A DNA stretch of 64,000 nucleotides from an uncultured Ruminococcus sp. (GTDB taxonomy: Bacteria > Bacillota > Clostridia > Oscillospirales > Ruminococcaceae): the NCBI GenBank assembly GCA_902783005.1, contig CACZPI010000059.1, positions 12,356 through 76,355 on the forward strand. Direction: 5' to 3'. Both the position numbers and the translations under genes were made by a program. This document shows, one piece after another, positions 9,860 through 19,209 of the stretch. Positions within the stretch are counted from its first letter, which is position 1. Each line of letters starts with the position of its first letter. The notes under the pieces are model-generated. The model ran no database searches. It was given only the letters and a program-made list of their open reading frames with translations, and had not been told where the DNA came from.

Positions 9860-10064
9860 CATCTTCCCCGCCGATCTTCCGTCCGCAGATGGGGCAATAC
9901 TGCGCCACCTTCCGTTCTCCCGGCGTATCCTCCCGATAGGCGATCAGCACCGTTCCCTCCTTACAGAATGGACATTTCTCTTCCTTAGGCGGATCCTTGG
10001 GCAAAGCCATAGCCAGGAAAAACATCCCTACTGCTCCTAAAATAACATATACATCCCAGTCCAT
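9849..10064 (-). CDS. Small membrane-anchored zinc-ribbon protein (71 aa)
   Basis: GGAGGG 7 nt before the ATG. N-terminal TM helix (VYVILGAVGMFFLAMAL) followed by CPFC..(19)..CPIC. Confidence 0.7.
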   Translation of the reverse strand: MDWDVYVILGAVGMFFLAMALPKDPPKEEKCPFCKEGTVLIAYREDTPGERKVAQYCPICGRKIGGEDEKK

Positions 10065-10184
10065 TCTGTTCCCTCCTTCCGGCTCCGTCTCTATTTCCGG
10101 TTCTCTACCCTTATTATATCATAAAACGCGTTGTCTTGCAAGAGGATTTCATGAAAGGAATCAACGGCAATTATGAAATACCTA

Positions 10185-10213
10185 TTGACTTTCTCGGCTT
10201 GGTATGATATAAT
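10185..10213 (+). promoter_or_regulatory. sigma-A promoter of the GCL cassette (TTGACT-17-TGaTATAAT)
   Basis: Consensus -35, 17-nt spacer, extended -10. Confidence 0.75.
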
Positions 10214-10228
10214 AATACTATTCCTACA
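10208..10228 (+). promoter_or_regulatory. Operator-like element overlapping -10/+1 (TATAATAATACTATTCCTACA), twin of 23336-23356
   Basis: 19 of 21 positions identical to the metY-operon promoter read in its transcription direction. Both also share TATTGACTT at -35. Confidence 0.5.
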
Positions 10229-10277
10229 GATTTTATATGTTATTTAATCAGGAACAGGACACAAGGAGGAATCAGAC

Positions 10278-11669
10278 ATGCTTGACAAGAATACCATCAA
10301 TCAGGCGCTGTACGACAAGTACATTGCCCCGACAAAAAAAGAACGCTCGCACAGTATCGGTATTGAGGTAGAGATGCCGGTCGTAAATCTGGACGGGCAG
10401 GCTGTGGAGGAATCGGTTTCACTGCAGGTCGCTGACACCTTCCGGAACCATTTCGGGTTTCAGGTGCAGGGACAGGATGCAGACGGGAACTGCAATTCCA
10501 TGTCTGATCCGGTTTCCCTTGATAATCTGTCCTTCGACTGCTCCTATTCCAACCTGGAGCTGAGTCTGGGTAAGGAAACCAACCTTCTGAAGATCCGGGA
10601 GACATTTCTGACCTATTACCGATTCCTGCAGCAGGAATTCGGGAAGTTCGGTTACAGCCTGACCGGAATGGGCATCAATCCGCACTACAACATCAACCAC
10701 AACAAGCCTGTTCCCAATGAACGCTACCGGATGCTCTACCGCTACCTGCATTCCTATCGAGATCATGCAGAGGGGCGGGAGCTGAAATTCCATGACCGTC
10801 CGGACTTCGGAACCTTTACCAGTGCATCCCAGGTGCAGCTCGATGTGGACTATGACCGGCTGATTGAGGAGCTGAATGTATTCGGGTTGCTCGAACCCTA
10901 CAAAGCGCTGCTCTTTGCCAATTCTTATCTGCCGGAATATCCGGATTATCTATGCGCACGGAACATGCTCTGGGAACGTAGCATGCAGGGCTATAACCCC
11001 CATAATGTCGGTATGTTCGGCACTCCCCTGCACAGCATTGAGGAGCTGCTCGCCTACATCCGAACACAATCCGTCTACTGCACGATGCGGGACGGAAAAT
11101 ACATTCATTTTACGCCCATTCCTGTGGGAGAATATTTCTCCAGACCCTATGTTGCGGGTGAATACTTCGATGGGCAGAACTACCAGAGCATTCGTTTTTC
11201 ACCGGAAGCATCCGATCTGGATTACCTTCGCACCTTCAAATTCGAGGACCTCACCTTCCGCGGAACCATCGAATACCGCAGCTCCTGCTGCCAGCCCATC
11301 CGCGATGTGATGACCGTTGCGGCGCTGCATGTAGGACTGAGCAAGCAGGTGCCCAACCTGAAAGAACTGATGGAAGCCGATGAGGTGATTTACGGAAACG
11401 GATACAATGCAGATGAGCTGCAGCATCTTCTGTCAAAGCGGGAACTGCCCGGATTCCTCGATCGGAAGGCCGTTTCAGCTCAGCTGAAACGGATCCTGGA
11501 TATTGCATTCGACGGGTTACGCCTGCGGGGACTGGGAGAGGAAATATTGCTGGATCCGCTGTATACCCGTGCAGAACGTCTGTCAAATCCGGCACGGGAT
11601 ATGGTGGAAGGACTGGAACGCGGTGTATCACTGGAACACTTTATCCGGGATTATGCGGAGGTGATCTGA
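10278..11669 (+). CDS. Glutamate-cysteine ligase family 2 (GCS2, plant/EgtA-like carboxylate-amine ligase), 463 aa
   Basis: GxExE start of the catalytic barrel (IGIEVEMP), PNERYRML, QVQLDV, ALLFANS and TIEYRSSC blocks in the order seen in GCS2/plant-type GCL. AAGGAGG RBS. Confidence 0.75.
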   Translation: MLDKNTINQALYDKYIAPTKKERSHSIGIEVEMPVVNLDGQAVEESVSLQVADTFRNHFGFQVQGQDADGNCNSMSDPVSLDNLSFDCSYSNLELSLGKETNLLKIRETFLTYYRFLQQEFGKFGYSLTGMGINPHYNINHNKPVPNERYRMLYRYLHSYRDHAEGRELKFHDRPDFGTFTSASQVQLDVDYDRLIEELNVFGLLEPYKALLFANSYLPEYPDYLCARNMLWERSMQGYNPHNVGMFGTPLHSIEELLAYIRTQSVYCTMRDGKYIHFTPIPVGEYFSRPYVAGEYFDGQNYQSIRFSPEASDLDYLRTFKFEDLTFRGTIEYRSSCCQPIRDVMTVAALHVGLSKQVPNLKELMEADEVIYGNGYNADELQHLLSKRELPGFLDRKAVSAQLKRILDIAFDGLRLRGLGEEILLDPLYTRAERLSNPARDMVEGLERGVSLEHFIRDYAEVI

Positions 11670-12832
11670 TGCAGTTTAACCATGACTTCTATGCAGGACA
11701 ATTCGGACTGGAGCGCGAAACGCTCAGAATTGACAAAAACGGTCGATTGGCACAGACGCCGCATCCGTCTTCGGATCCGCATATCACCCGCGACTTCTGC
11801 GAAAATCAGATCGAACTGATTACGCCGGTATGCCATTCTGTGGAGGAGGCGCTTGCGTCACTGGCTGCTCTTGATAAGACAGCCAGAGAAACACTTGATC
11901 GCATGGGAGAACAGATCTGGCTTTACAGCAACCCGCCGCACTTTGAAACGGAAGATGAAATTCCGGTGGCAGATTTTCGCGGTGAGCATGCGTCCAAACG
12001 CAATTACCGCGAACTGCTGGAAAGGCGGTACGGAAAAAGACTGATGCTGTATTCGGGCATTCATTTCAACTTTTCATTCAGTGAAGCGTGGCTGCATGAA
12101 TTACAACCAGGCGGGAACGATCAGGAATGCAAGAATGCGTTTTACCTGCGGCTGTACAAGCAGCTTTGCGTGCATAGCTGGCTCCTGGTACTGCTGACAG
12201 CAGCCAGTCCTGTCTATGATAAATCGCTGGACGAAGATAATACAGCCGGAATGATCCGGAGCCGCTATGCATCCATGCGAAACAGCGAGAGAGGTTACTG
12301 GAATGAGTTTATTCCGATTCTCGATCACACAGATCTTGGCACATTTACGGACAGCATCCAGTACTATATCGACAAGGGCGCCCTCTTCTCGGCAAGTGAA
12401 CTGTACCTTCCCATTCGCCTGAAACCAAGGGGGATCAATACGCTGGACAATCTGGCGAAAAACGGAGTAGATCACATCGAACTGCGGATGTTTGACTTAA
12501 ATCCCCTGACCCCCCTTGGAATCGCACCGGAGGATGCGGAATTTGCACATCTTCTTATTCTGTATCTCTCGCAGCAGGAGGATTTCACGTTTACGCCTGC
12601 TATGCAGGAGGAGGCAATCATCAACCACCAGAATGCAGCGCTGTATGATCTGCATGGAGTGACCATTCACAGTATCCCGATCCTCGAGCAGGCAAATACC
12701 ATTCTTGACCACATGTACGCATTCTTTGAAGACAATGACAGAAGCAGACAGGTCATCACCTATGAAAGACAAAAGCTGCAGGATCCGATCTCACATCGGA
12801 TCACAGGCAGCATTTACCAGATAAAGGAGTGA
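11669..12832 (+). CDS. GshA-type (enterobacterial/GshF N-domain-like) glutamate-cysteine ligase homolog, short form 387 aa
   Basis: GLERETLRI, HPSSDPHITRDFCENQIELITP, RNYRELLERRYG and SGIHFNFSF match the GshA signature blocks. TGATG overlap with the upstream gene. Confidence 0.8.
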   Translation: MQFNHDFYAGQFGLERETLRIDKNGRLAQTPHPSSDPHITRDFCENQIELITPVCHSVEEALASLAALDKTARETLDRMGEQIWLYSNPPHFETEDEIPVADFRGEHASKRNYRELLERRYGKRLMLYSGIHFNFSFSEAWLHELQPGGNDQECKNAFYLRLYKQLCVHSWLLVLLTAASPVYDKSLDEDNTAGMIRSRYASMRNSERGYWNEFIPILDHTDLGTFTDSIQYYIDKGALFSASELYLPIRLKPRGINTLDNLAKNGVDHIELRMFDLNPLTPLGIAPEDAEFAHLLILYLSQQEDFTFTPAMQEEAIINHQNAALYDLHGVTIHSIPILEQANTILDHMYAFFEDNDRSRQVITYERQKLQDPISHRITGSIYQIKE

Positions 12833-12837
12833 ATGCC

Positions 12838-13593
12838 ATGTGTGAGCTGATGGGCTTCACGGCAAAGCAGCCAACCAATATCAAGCAATATCTGAACACA
12901 TTTTATTCTCACAGCATTCGTCATCCGCACGGATGGGGTCTTATGCGGGAGCAGCCGGAGCGTGAGATCATCAAGGAGGCCGTCCGTGCCGTAGACAGCC
13001 ATATCCTTCCTGACATTATTGAGGGAACGCATCTCCAGACTACGACGCTTGCGCATATCCGCTTCGCGACAGTCGGTTCGATCCGGCAGGAAAACTGCCA
13101 TCCCTTCACAAGCCGTGACCGATTCGGACGGGAATGGACTTTGATCCACAACGGCACCATTTACTCCGGCAAAACCATGCTGCGCAGGATGGAAGAACAA
13201 AAGGGAGATACGGACTCCGAACGTATGTATCTGTCTCTGATGGATGCCCTGAATGCGCAGGAGCATCCCTTGTCCATGGAGGAGCGTTTCCGTTTGATTG
13301 AACGATTCATCGCTGATACCGCACCCCGCAACAAGCTGAATCTGATGATCTACGACGGAGAACTCCTGTATGTGCACAAGAACATGCGTGAAACGCTGAA
13401 AATGCGGCGTGTGGAACAAGGCTGGCTCTTTGCGACAACGCCCATTGATGATTCCGGTGCATGGCAGGATTTTCCGACTTCTCAGGTCATGGCCTACAGA
13501 AACGGGGAGCTGCTCTTCATCGGGACAAAGCATGGCGGTGAATTCGTTCCGACGCTGGAATACATCACGGCAATGGATGCCATGAATATCTGA
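12838..13593 (+). CDS. Class II (Ntn, Cys1) glutamine amidotransferase-like protein, YafJ/EgtC-like
   Basis: MCELMG N-terminus (nucleophile Cys after Met), HIRFATVG..NCHPF, HNGTI, DSE. AAGGAG 8 nt before ATG 12838. The track start 12829 is a GTG overlapping the upstream stop. Confidence 0.85.
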   Translation: MCELMGFTAKQPTNIKQYLNTFYSHSIRHPHGWGLMREQPEREIIKEAVRAVDSHILPDIIEGTHLQTTTLAHIRFATVGSIRQENCHPFTSRDRFGREWTLIHNGTIYSGKTMLRRMEEQKGDTDSERMYLSLMDALNAQEHPLSMEERFRLIERFIADTAPRNKLNLMIYDGELLYVHKNMRETLKMRRVEQGWLFATTPIDDSGAWQDFPTSQVMAYRNGELLFIGTKHGGEFVPTLEYITAMDAMNI

Positions 13594-13599
13594 TACAGG

Positions 13600-13639
13600 C
13601 TATGCTATAGAGTGGATCTATGGCATAGTATTCTTTTTT
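13600..13639 (+). terminator. Intrinsic terminator of the GCL cassette
   Basis: 11-bp stem CTATGCTATAG / CTATGGCATAG (one G-U), 7-nt loop, then TATTCTTTTTT. Confidence 0.7.
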
Positions 13640-13644
13640 CATAT

Positions 13645-13673
13645 TTTTCAGAATCACTGAGATATGGTATAAT
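13645..13673 (+). promoter_or_regulatory. Candidate metF promoter (TTTTCA-17-TGgTATAAT)
   Basis: Extended -10 consensus, weak -35. The leader to the ATG is only about 30 nt. Confidence 0.5.
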
Positions 13674-13705
13674 AAAAGCATACTAATTTGATAGGAGTAA
13701 TTCTC

Positions 13706-14587
13706 ATGATCTCAGCAGAACGATTTGCACAAAAAACAGTCTTTTCACTCGAAGTATTCCCGCCAAAACCCGATGCGGACATCCACACGATTTACCAAAC
13801 GATCGACGAGCTTTCAGAGGTCGAACCGGATTTCATCAGTGTGACCTATGGTGCAGCCGGCGGAAAAAACGGATGCAGAACAATTCAGATTGCATCTGAT
13901 ATTCAAAGCCAATACGGCATTGAAAGCGTTGCACATCTCCCCTGCATCGGACTGACCCGACAGCAGGCGGAAACCATTCTCAAAGACCTTGAATCTCACG
14001 GCATCCGGAATATTCTGGCGCTGCGCGGCGACATTCCTGTAGGCGTAGCTGCTTTGGGAGATTTTGCACATGCAAGCGATCTGATCCATTTTATCCGGGA
14101 ACGATATGATTGTCATATCATCGGCGCCTGCTACCCGGAGGTACATCCGGAAAGTGCCTCAGCTGTGGATGACATCCGTCACCTGCGGGAGAAGACAGAT
14201 GCCGGATGTGAGCATCTGATCTCACAGCTATTTCTGGATAATGCGGATTTCTACCGATTCCGGGATCGTGCAGAGCTTGCCGGGATCCATGTGCCGATTG
14301 AAGCAGGCATCATGCCGGTGACCAACCGGAAGCAGATTGAACGCATGGTACAACTGTGCGGCATCCGCCTGCCTGAGAAATTCATCCGGATGCTCGACCG
14401 GTATGCGGATGATCCGCAGGCGCTTCGTGATGCGGGGATTGCATACGCTATCAGCCAGATCACGGATCTGATTGCTCATGGAGTAGACGGAATTCATCTC
14501 TATACCATGAACCAGCCTGAAACCGCAAAACGTATCTATGACGCAGTCAAATCCCTGATCCAAATCAAACAGCACGTTCCGGTATGA
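13706..14587 (+). CDS. metF: Methylenetetrahydrofolate reductase
   Basis: FSLEVFPPK, ISVTYGAGG and ALRGD motifs of MTHFR. ATG 13706 is preceded by TAGGAG; the track start 13688 is a TTG. Confidence 0.92.
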   Translation: MISAERFAQKTVFSLEVFPPKPDADIHTIYQTIDELSEVEPDFISVTYGAAGGKNGCRTIQIASDIQSQYGIESVAHLPCIGLTRQQAETILKDLESHGIRNILALRGDIPVGVAALGDFAHASDLIHFIRERYDCHIIGACYPEVHPESASAVDDIRHLREKTDAGCEHLISQLFLDNADFYRFRDRAELAGIHVPIEAGIMPVTNRKQIERMVQLCGIRLPEKFIRMLDRYADDPQALRDAGIAYAISQITDLIAHGVDGIHLYTMNQPETAKRIYDAVKSLIQIKQHVPV

Positions 14588-14608
14588 TGCCGGAACGTGC
14601 TGTTTTTC
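14571..14608. terminator. Bidirectional intrinsic terminator between convergent metF and cysN
   Basis: AGCACGTTCCGG-tatgatg-CCGGAACGTGCT with GTTTTTC on plus and a T-rich run on minus. It contains the metF stop and abuts the cysN stop. Confidence 0.85.
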
Positions 14609-16301
14609 AGATATAAGCACCAGATATAAAGATTTTACGGAATGTATCAAAGCAGAGCCACTTTCCGAACAGATCCGGGAGTGTCGCTTCGTCCGATCCT
14701 GCATAATCCTGCATGAACTGACGCACATCTTCATCCGTTTGCGCCTGAACTGCAAAGCCACGGCCATTGACCAGCGGCACGCTGCCGTCATAATGATAAT
14801 CCTCAAATCGTTCGAGCTTCTGTACAACACGACCGCGGATCGTAACAGCAACCCTGTCCCGCAGCACGATGATATCCAGATCATCCGGGTATGCGTAGCT
14901 TTTGCCCTGTGTCGGGATCTCATCTCCCACATGATAGGTGTTCCGGATGGTCTGTGCGTGGAATACATTGTAGCTGTTTACATCGTAGTAGAATTCCTCG
15001 AACAGATCGCCCTTTGCATGCAGCGTTCCGTCAGTAAATGACGCATCCTCCTGCACATCTGCACGGTCATGGACGCTTTCAACGACACCGCAAGCCGATG
15101 TCATATTTGTCACGCGGTCAATCAGAATGAGCTCGCCAAGTGTGCGATGCACTGCAAACCGGTCTGCCGGGATTGCTTCCTGCAATGTCACCGTGCAACG
15201 TGCAATGCTGTTTTTGTTCAGCCGATCTGCCGGGATATGTTCACCGGTGTTGATATCTACTGCATACAGAATGGATGTCAGCACACCGGGAATCAGCTTG
15301 GTTCCCAGCTTGACAAGATAATCCTTGCCGACCGTCAGATCGCTGTCATCCATCCAGAGGAGAGATACCTCCAGCTTTTTGTATGCGGCAAGGGCATCGT
15401 CGGTTGTCAGCACACTTCCGCGGGAAACGTCCACTTCCCTGTCGAGCGTGATGGTAACAGGCTGCCCTGCATAAGCTGCATTCACATTGTGATCCGTATG
15501 TAAAATACCCTTCACAGCAGCGGTTTCATGACTCGGAAGCACACGGATTGTATCTCCGACTGCAATGCTGCCTGACTCGATCTGCCCCTGAAATCCCCGG
15601 AAGGTATGATCCGGACGGCATACACGCTGGACAGGAAGATAAAATGCTTCTTCACGCGAGGCATCAACATCCACCTGTTCAAGATAAGTCAGAAGCGGCT
15701 CACCGGTATACCACGGCATCTGATCAGAATGCGTTGTCACATTGTCTCCCTCGGTTGCGGAAAGAGGAATGACCTTCACCTGTTCAAGCCCCAATGCAGA
15801 GGCAAGCTCTGAAATATCCGCTTCAATGGCGCGGTATTTTGCTTCATCGTAGCCGATCAGATCCATTTTATTTACGGCGAATACATAATGCCAGATGCCC
15901 ATGAGCGAGCAGATTCTTGCATGGCGGCGAGTCTGCACCAGAATGCCCTGCGAGGCATCTACCAGGATCACAGCCAGATCCGCGAAGGATGCACCAACTG
16001 CCATATTCCGGGTGTATTCCTCATGGCCGGGGGTATCTGCTACGATAAAGCTGCGGTGATCTGTCGTAAAATAGCGGTAGGCCACATCAATCGTGATTCC
16101 CTGTTCGCGCTCTGCCATCAGCCCGTCAAGCAGCAGCGAATAATCAATTCCGCCGCTGCGGCTCCCGACCTTGCTGTCAAGTGCCAGCGCCTTTTCCTGA
16201 TCGGCATAGAGGAGCTTGGCATCATACAGAATATGCCCGATCAGCGTAGATTTTCCATCATCCACACTGCCGCATGTGATGAATTTCAGAAGTCCCTTCA
16301 T
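14607..16301 (-). CDS. cysN: Sulfate adenylyltransferase subunit 1 (GTPase) with ~140-aa C-terminal extension of unknown function
   Basis: G1 GSVDDGKST, G3 DTPGH, G4 NKMD; EF-Tu-like domains II/III end near ILIDRVTNMTSACGVV. The remaining ~140 aa have no P-loop. TGATG overlap with cysD. Confidence 0.9.
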   Translation of the reverse strand: MKGLLKFITCGSVDDGKSTLIGHILYDAKLLYADQEKALALDSKVGSRSGGIDYSLLLDGLMAEREQGITIDVAYRYFTTDHRSFIVADTPGHEEYTRNMAVGASFADLAVILVDASQGILVQTRRHARICSLMGIWHYVFAVNKMDLIGYDEAKYRAIEADISELASALGLEQVKVIPLSATEGDNVTTHSDQMPWYTGEPLLTYLEQVDVDASREEAFYLPVQRVCRPDHTFRGFQGQIESGSIAVGDTIRVLPSHETAAVKGILHTDHNVNAAYAGQPVTITLDREVDVSRGSVLTTDDALAAYKKLEVSLLWMDDSDLTVGKDYLVKLGTKLIPGVLTSILYAVDINTGEHIPADRLNKNSIARCTVTLQEAIPADRFAVHRTLGELILIDRVTNMTSACGVVESVHDRADVQEDASFTDGTLHAKGDLFEEFYYDVNSYNVFHAQTIRNTYHVGDEIPTQGKSYAYPDDLDIIVLRDRVAVTIRGRVVQKLERFEDYHYDGSVPLVNGRGFAVQAQTDEDVRQFMQDYAGSDEATLPDLFGKWLCFDTFRKIFISGAYI

Positions 16302-17200
16302 CAGAAATAGCCCTCCCTCTTTCTTCTTTCCATGCTGCCTGCCGCCTCGTTGTCAATTACACGGGATGTGCGCTCCGATTCTACACTGCTCAGCGTTTCC
16401 TCAATGATCTCATCAAGGGTATGCGCGGTCGATTCGATGCCTCCGGTCAGAGGGTAGCAGCCAAGCGTCCGGAACCGGACGGATTTCATCTGCGGCACCT
16501 CACCTTCGCGCAGGGGGAACCTTTCATCATCGACCATAATGATATTGCCATCCCGCTCCACGACAGGGCGCTCCGCTGCAAAATACAGCGGCACAATGTC
16601 GATGTGCTCACGGCGGATATACTGCCAGATGTCCTTTTCTGTCCAGTTGGAGATCGGGAACACACGAATACTCTCGCCCTTGTGAATGCGGGTGTTGTAG
16701 AGCTTCCACATCTCAGGGCGCTGGTTCTTCGGATCCCATGCATGGGTCGCACTTCGGAAAGAGAAGATCCGCTCCTTGGCGCGGGATTTCTCTTCATCAC
16801 GCCTGCCGCCGCCAAATGCCGCTGTGAATCCATATTTGTCAAGCGCCTGCTTGAGCGCCTGGGTTTTCATGATGTCCGTATAGGCGCTGCCGTGGTCGAA
16901 GGGATTGATCCCGCGTGCTACGCCGTCCTGGTTGATATATTCCAGCATTTCGATGCCGAGACGCTTTGCAGTACGGTCGCGGAAGTCAATCATTTCCTTG
17001 AATTTCCATGTCGTATTGACATGCAAAAAAGGAAACGGCGGCTTTTCTGGATAAAATGCCTTCATCGCAAGATGCAGCATGACAGAACTGTCCTTACCGA
17101 TCGAGTAAAGCATGACAGGTCTTTCGCATTCTGCCGCCACCTCCCGGATAATATAGATCGCTTCTGCCTCCAGTTCGTCAAGATGCGTCAGTTCACCCAT
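16301..17200 (-). CDS. cysD: Sulfate adenylyltransferase subunit 2
   Basis: PP-loop SIGKDSSV and typical CysD blocks ([26 protein letters not shown]). ATG 17200 has AGGAGG upstream; the track start 17221 is a TTG. Confidence 0.93.
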   Translation of the reverse strand: MGELTHLDELEAEAIYIIREVAAECERPVMLYSIGKDSSVMLHLAMKAFYPEKPPFPFLHVNTTWKFKEMIDFRDRTAKRLGIEMLEYINQDGVARGINPFDHGSAYTDIMKTQALKQALDKYGFTAAFGGGRRDEEKSRAKERIFSFRSATHAWDPKNQRPEMWKLYNTRIHKGESIRVFPISNWTEKDIWQYIRREHIDIVPLYFAAERPVVERDGNIIMVDDERFPLREGEVPQMKSVRFRTLGCYPLTGGIESTAHTLDEIIEETLSSVESERTSRVIDNEAAGSMERRKREGYF

Positions 17201-17217
17201 TATGGTTGCCTCCTGAT

Positions 17218-17532
17218 TCAATATTGATTCGATTCCTTCCGATTCACCTGGATTTCGGTGGTACGTCCGTCCGGATGTTCAATGATCCATCGGAGAATCT
17301 CTCCCTCCTGTTCGGTATGCAGCATACTCCCCTGCCCGCCAATATCTGCACCCAGATAAAAACGAATGGCAGATACCGGGCATTCCTTGACACAGGAGGT
17401 GCATCCCCAGCAGTCGCGGGGATATTTGATATACGCGCGGTGATCGCAGTCAAATTTGATGAGTGTACCGGGGCAGACATCATGACATCTGCCGCAGCCG
17501 ATACAGATCTTGCTGTCAATCCTGATGCTCAT
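17218..17532 (-). CDS. AprB-like 2x[4Fe-4S] ferredoxin subunit of APS (adenylylsulfate) reductase
   Basis: [12 protein letters not shown] and [12 protein letters not shown] cluster motifs. 17-nt overlap with the flavoprotein gene. Confidence 0.8.
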   Translation of the reverse strand: MSIRIDSKICIGCGRCHDVCPGTLIKFDCDHRAYIKYPRDCWGCTSCVKECPVSAIRFYLGADIGGQGSMLHTEQEGEILRWIIEHPDGRTTEIQVNRKESNQY

Positions 17533-19198
17533 AATGACACCCCTTTCCGGTCACAAGATCACGCAGGATCACCCGGATCTCTCCATTTTCCATGCGGGAA
17601 TTGACATACACATTCCAATGTGCGTCATCCCGGTCAGGATAATCGAGATGCTCTGCAAAGCTATGCCAGCGCGTTTCCTGCCGTGCTGCCAGATGTGCAA
17701 TGACACTCCGGCAGACTGTCAGACGCTCACGAAGCTCATAAATATACATAAGCTCCTGAAAATCCGATGCATGCAGCGTATCCGATAATGCTTCAATCTG
17801 TCGGATCTTTTCATCGGCAAGGGCAAGCTGTCCGGCATTGTACCGGTAATTCGTTTTAATTCCGCCTGCGTAGCTGTCCATGACTGTCTGCATCGCTTCT
17901 TCAAGCTGCTCCGTTGTATAGAGAGTATTCCTGTCAGATAAGAAATGCCCGATCTCATGCAAATGCGCATCAATATGCTCTTGCGGGATGCTTGCATGAT
18001 CGCAGTCGAGCAGGAAATGCAGGACAGATTCGGCAGCGATCTCTCCTTCTGCCAATGCGCCGGTGACATATTTCTGCGGGGCACCGCCGCACACATCCCC
18101 GGCTGCATAAAGCCCGCGGATGGTCGTTGCACGCCCGGTATCGACCCAATAGCCGCTGGCCGTATGACCACCGACAATATAGGGCTCCGTCCCTTCAATT
18201 TCGACGTTCTGCGATGCGGGGCCATGCCCGGTTTCGATCCATTTGAGCGTCTGGGAAGGCGCCATATTCAGATAGGCCTTCATCAGTGAATCCTGCTGTT
18301 CATCGGAAATGCCTTCTGTACGCAGGAAGCACGGGCCTCTCCCCTCCTGGTTTTCATTGACAGTGCCATAGACACGTTCGGAAGTGGTCAGTCCGTATTT
18401 CTGCTCATAGACCTCACCCAGGGAATTGATCTGCCTGGCACCAACACCCTGTGCAAGTGTTCCCGTCGGTGCGATGGTGTCCTTGCAGCGAAGTGCGATA
18501 AATCGCATTTCAAAGGTCGTCATCTCGGCACCATGGCGGATTCCCATGGCGTAACCCGCTCCCGTATTGAAGGGCGGGTACCACATCTTATGACGGGAAA
18601 ATCCGGGGTTATTGGGCTTGTATAATCCTGCCGCACCACCGGTCGCCACAATCACGGCATCTGCCTGAATGACATAAAACGTATCATTTTCAATGCCGAT
18701 GCCATAAGCACCACAGATTCGGTTATCCTGTACTTCAAAGTCAATGATGTTCACACGGTTGAGCACCGTCACCTGATCGAGCGCCAATACGGCATCTGCA
18801 AGCAGCGGCTTGATGTTTTCACCGTTGATCTTGATGTTGCGCCAGCCGCGGGAGACATAGTTTCCGGCTGCATCCTTGAGAATGACAAGTCCAAGCTGTT
18901 CGAGCCGGCGCGTCACAGAATTGAGCCGCTCTGACATGGTGACCAGAAGATCCTCACGGGCAATACCTGCGGCATCGTGCATACAGTAATCTGCATAATC
19001 CTGCGGCGTGTGACCCTCTGTAATATAAGCATTGAGCGCATTCACACCCGCTGCAAGACAGCCGCTCCGGCGGATGTGCGCTTTCTCACAGATCAATACC
19101 TGCCTGTCAGACTGTTCTGCGATCGTCAGCGCTGCCCAGCAGCCGGCGGTACCGCCGCCGATGATCAGGACATCTGTGTGTAGAAATTCCTTTTTCAT
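17516..19198 (-). CDS. AprA-like FAD flavoprotein subunit of APS reductase (fumarate reductase/succinate dehydrogenase flavoprotein family)
   Basis: N-terminal DVLIIGGGTAGC dinucleotide fold, 560 aa, paired with the AprB-like ferredoxin and cysDN. AGGAGG RBS. Confidence 0.8.
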   Translation of the reverse strand: MKKEFLHTDVLIIGGGTAGCWAALTIAEQSDRQVLICEKAHIRRSGCLAAGVNALNAYITEGHTPQDYADYCMHDAAGIAREDLLVTMSERLNSVTRRLEQLGLVILKDAAGNYVSRGWRNIKINGENIKPLLADAVLALDQVTVLNRVNIIDFEVQDNRICGAYGIGIENDTFYVIQADAVIVATGGAAGLYKPNNPGFSRHKMWYPPFNTGAGYAMGIRHGAEMTTFEMRFIALRCKDTIAPTGTLAQGVGARQINSLGEVYEQKYGLTTSERVYGTVNENQEGRGPCFLRTEGISDEQQDSLMKAYLNMAPSQTLKWIETGHGPASQNVEIEGTEPYIVGGHTASGYWVDTGRATTIRGLYAAGDVCGGAPQKYVTGALAEGEIAAESVLHFLLDCDHASIPQEHIDAHLHEIGHFLSDRNTLYTTEQLEEAMQTVMDSYAGGIKTNYRYNAGQLALADEKIRQIEALSDTLHASDFQELMYIYELRERLTVCRSVIAHLAARQETRWHSFAEHLDYPDRDDAHWNVYVNSRMENGEIRVILRDLVTGKGCHYEHQD

Positions 19199-19209
19199 GA
19201 TGCCTCCTG

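Noticed and set aside
14607-15030. CysN C-terminal extension as a fused APS kinase (CysNC).
   Set aside because: No Walker A (GxxGxGKS/T) or other CysC motifs were found. The length (~140 aa) is too short, and the operon reduces APS directly via AprAB-like proteins.
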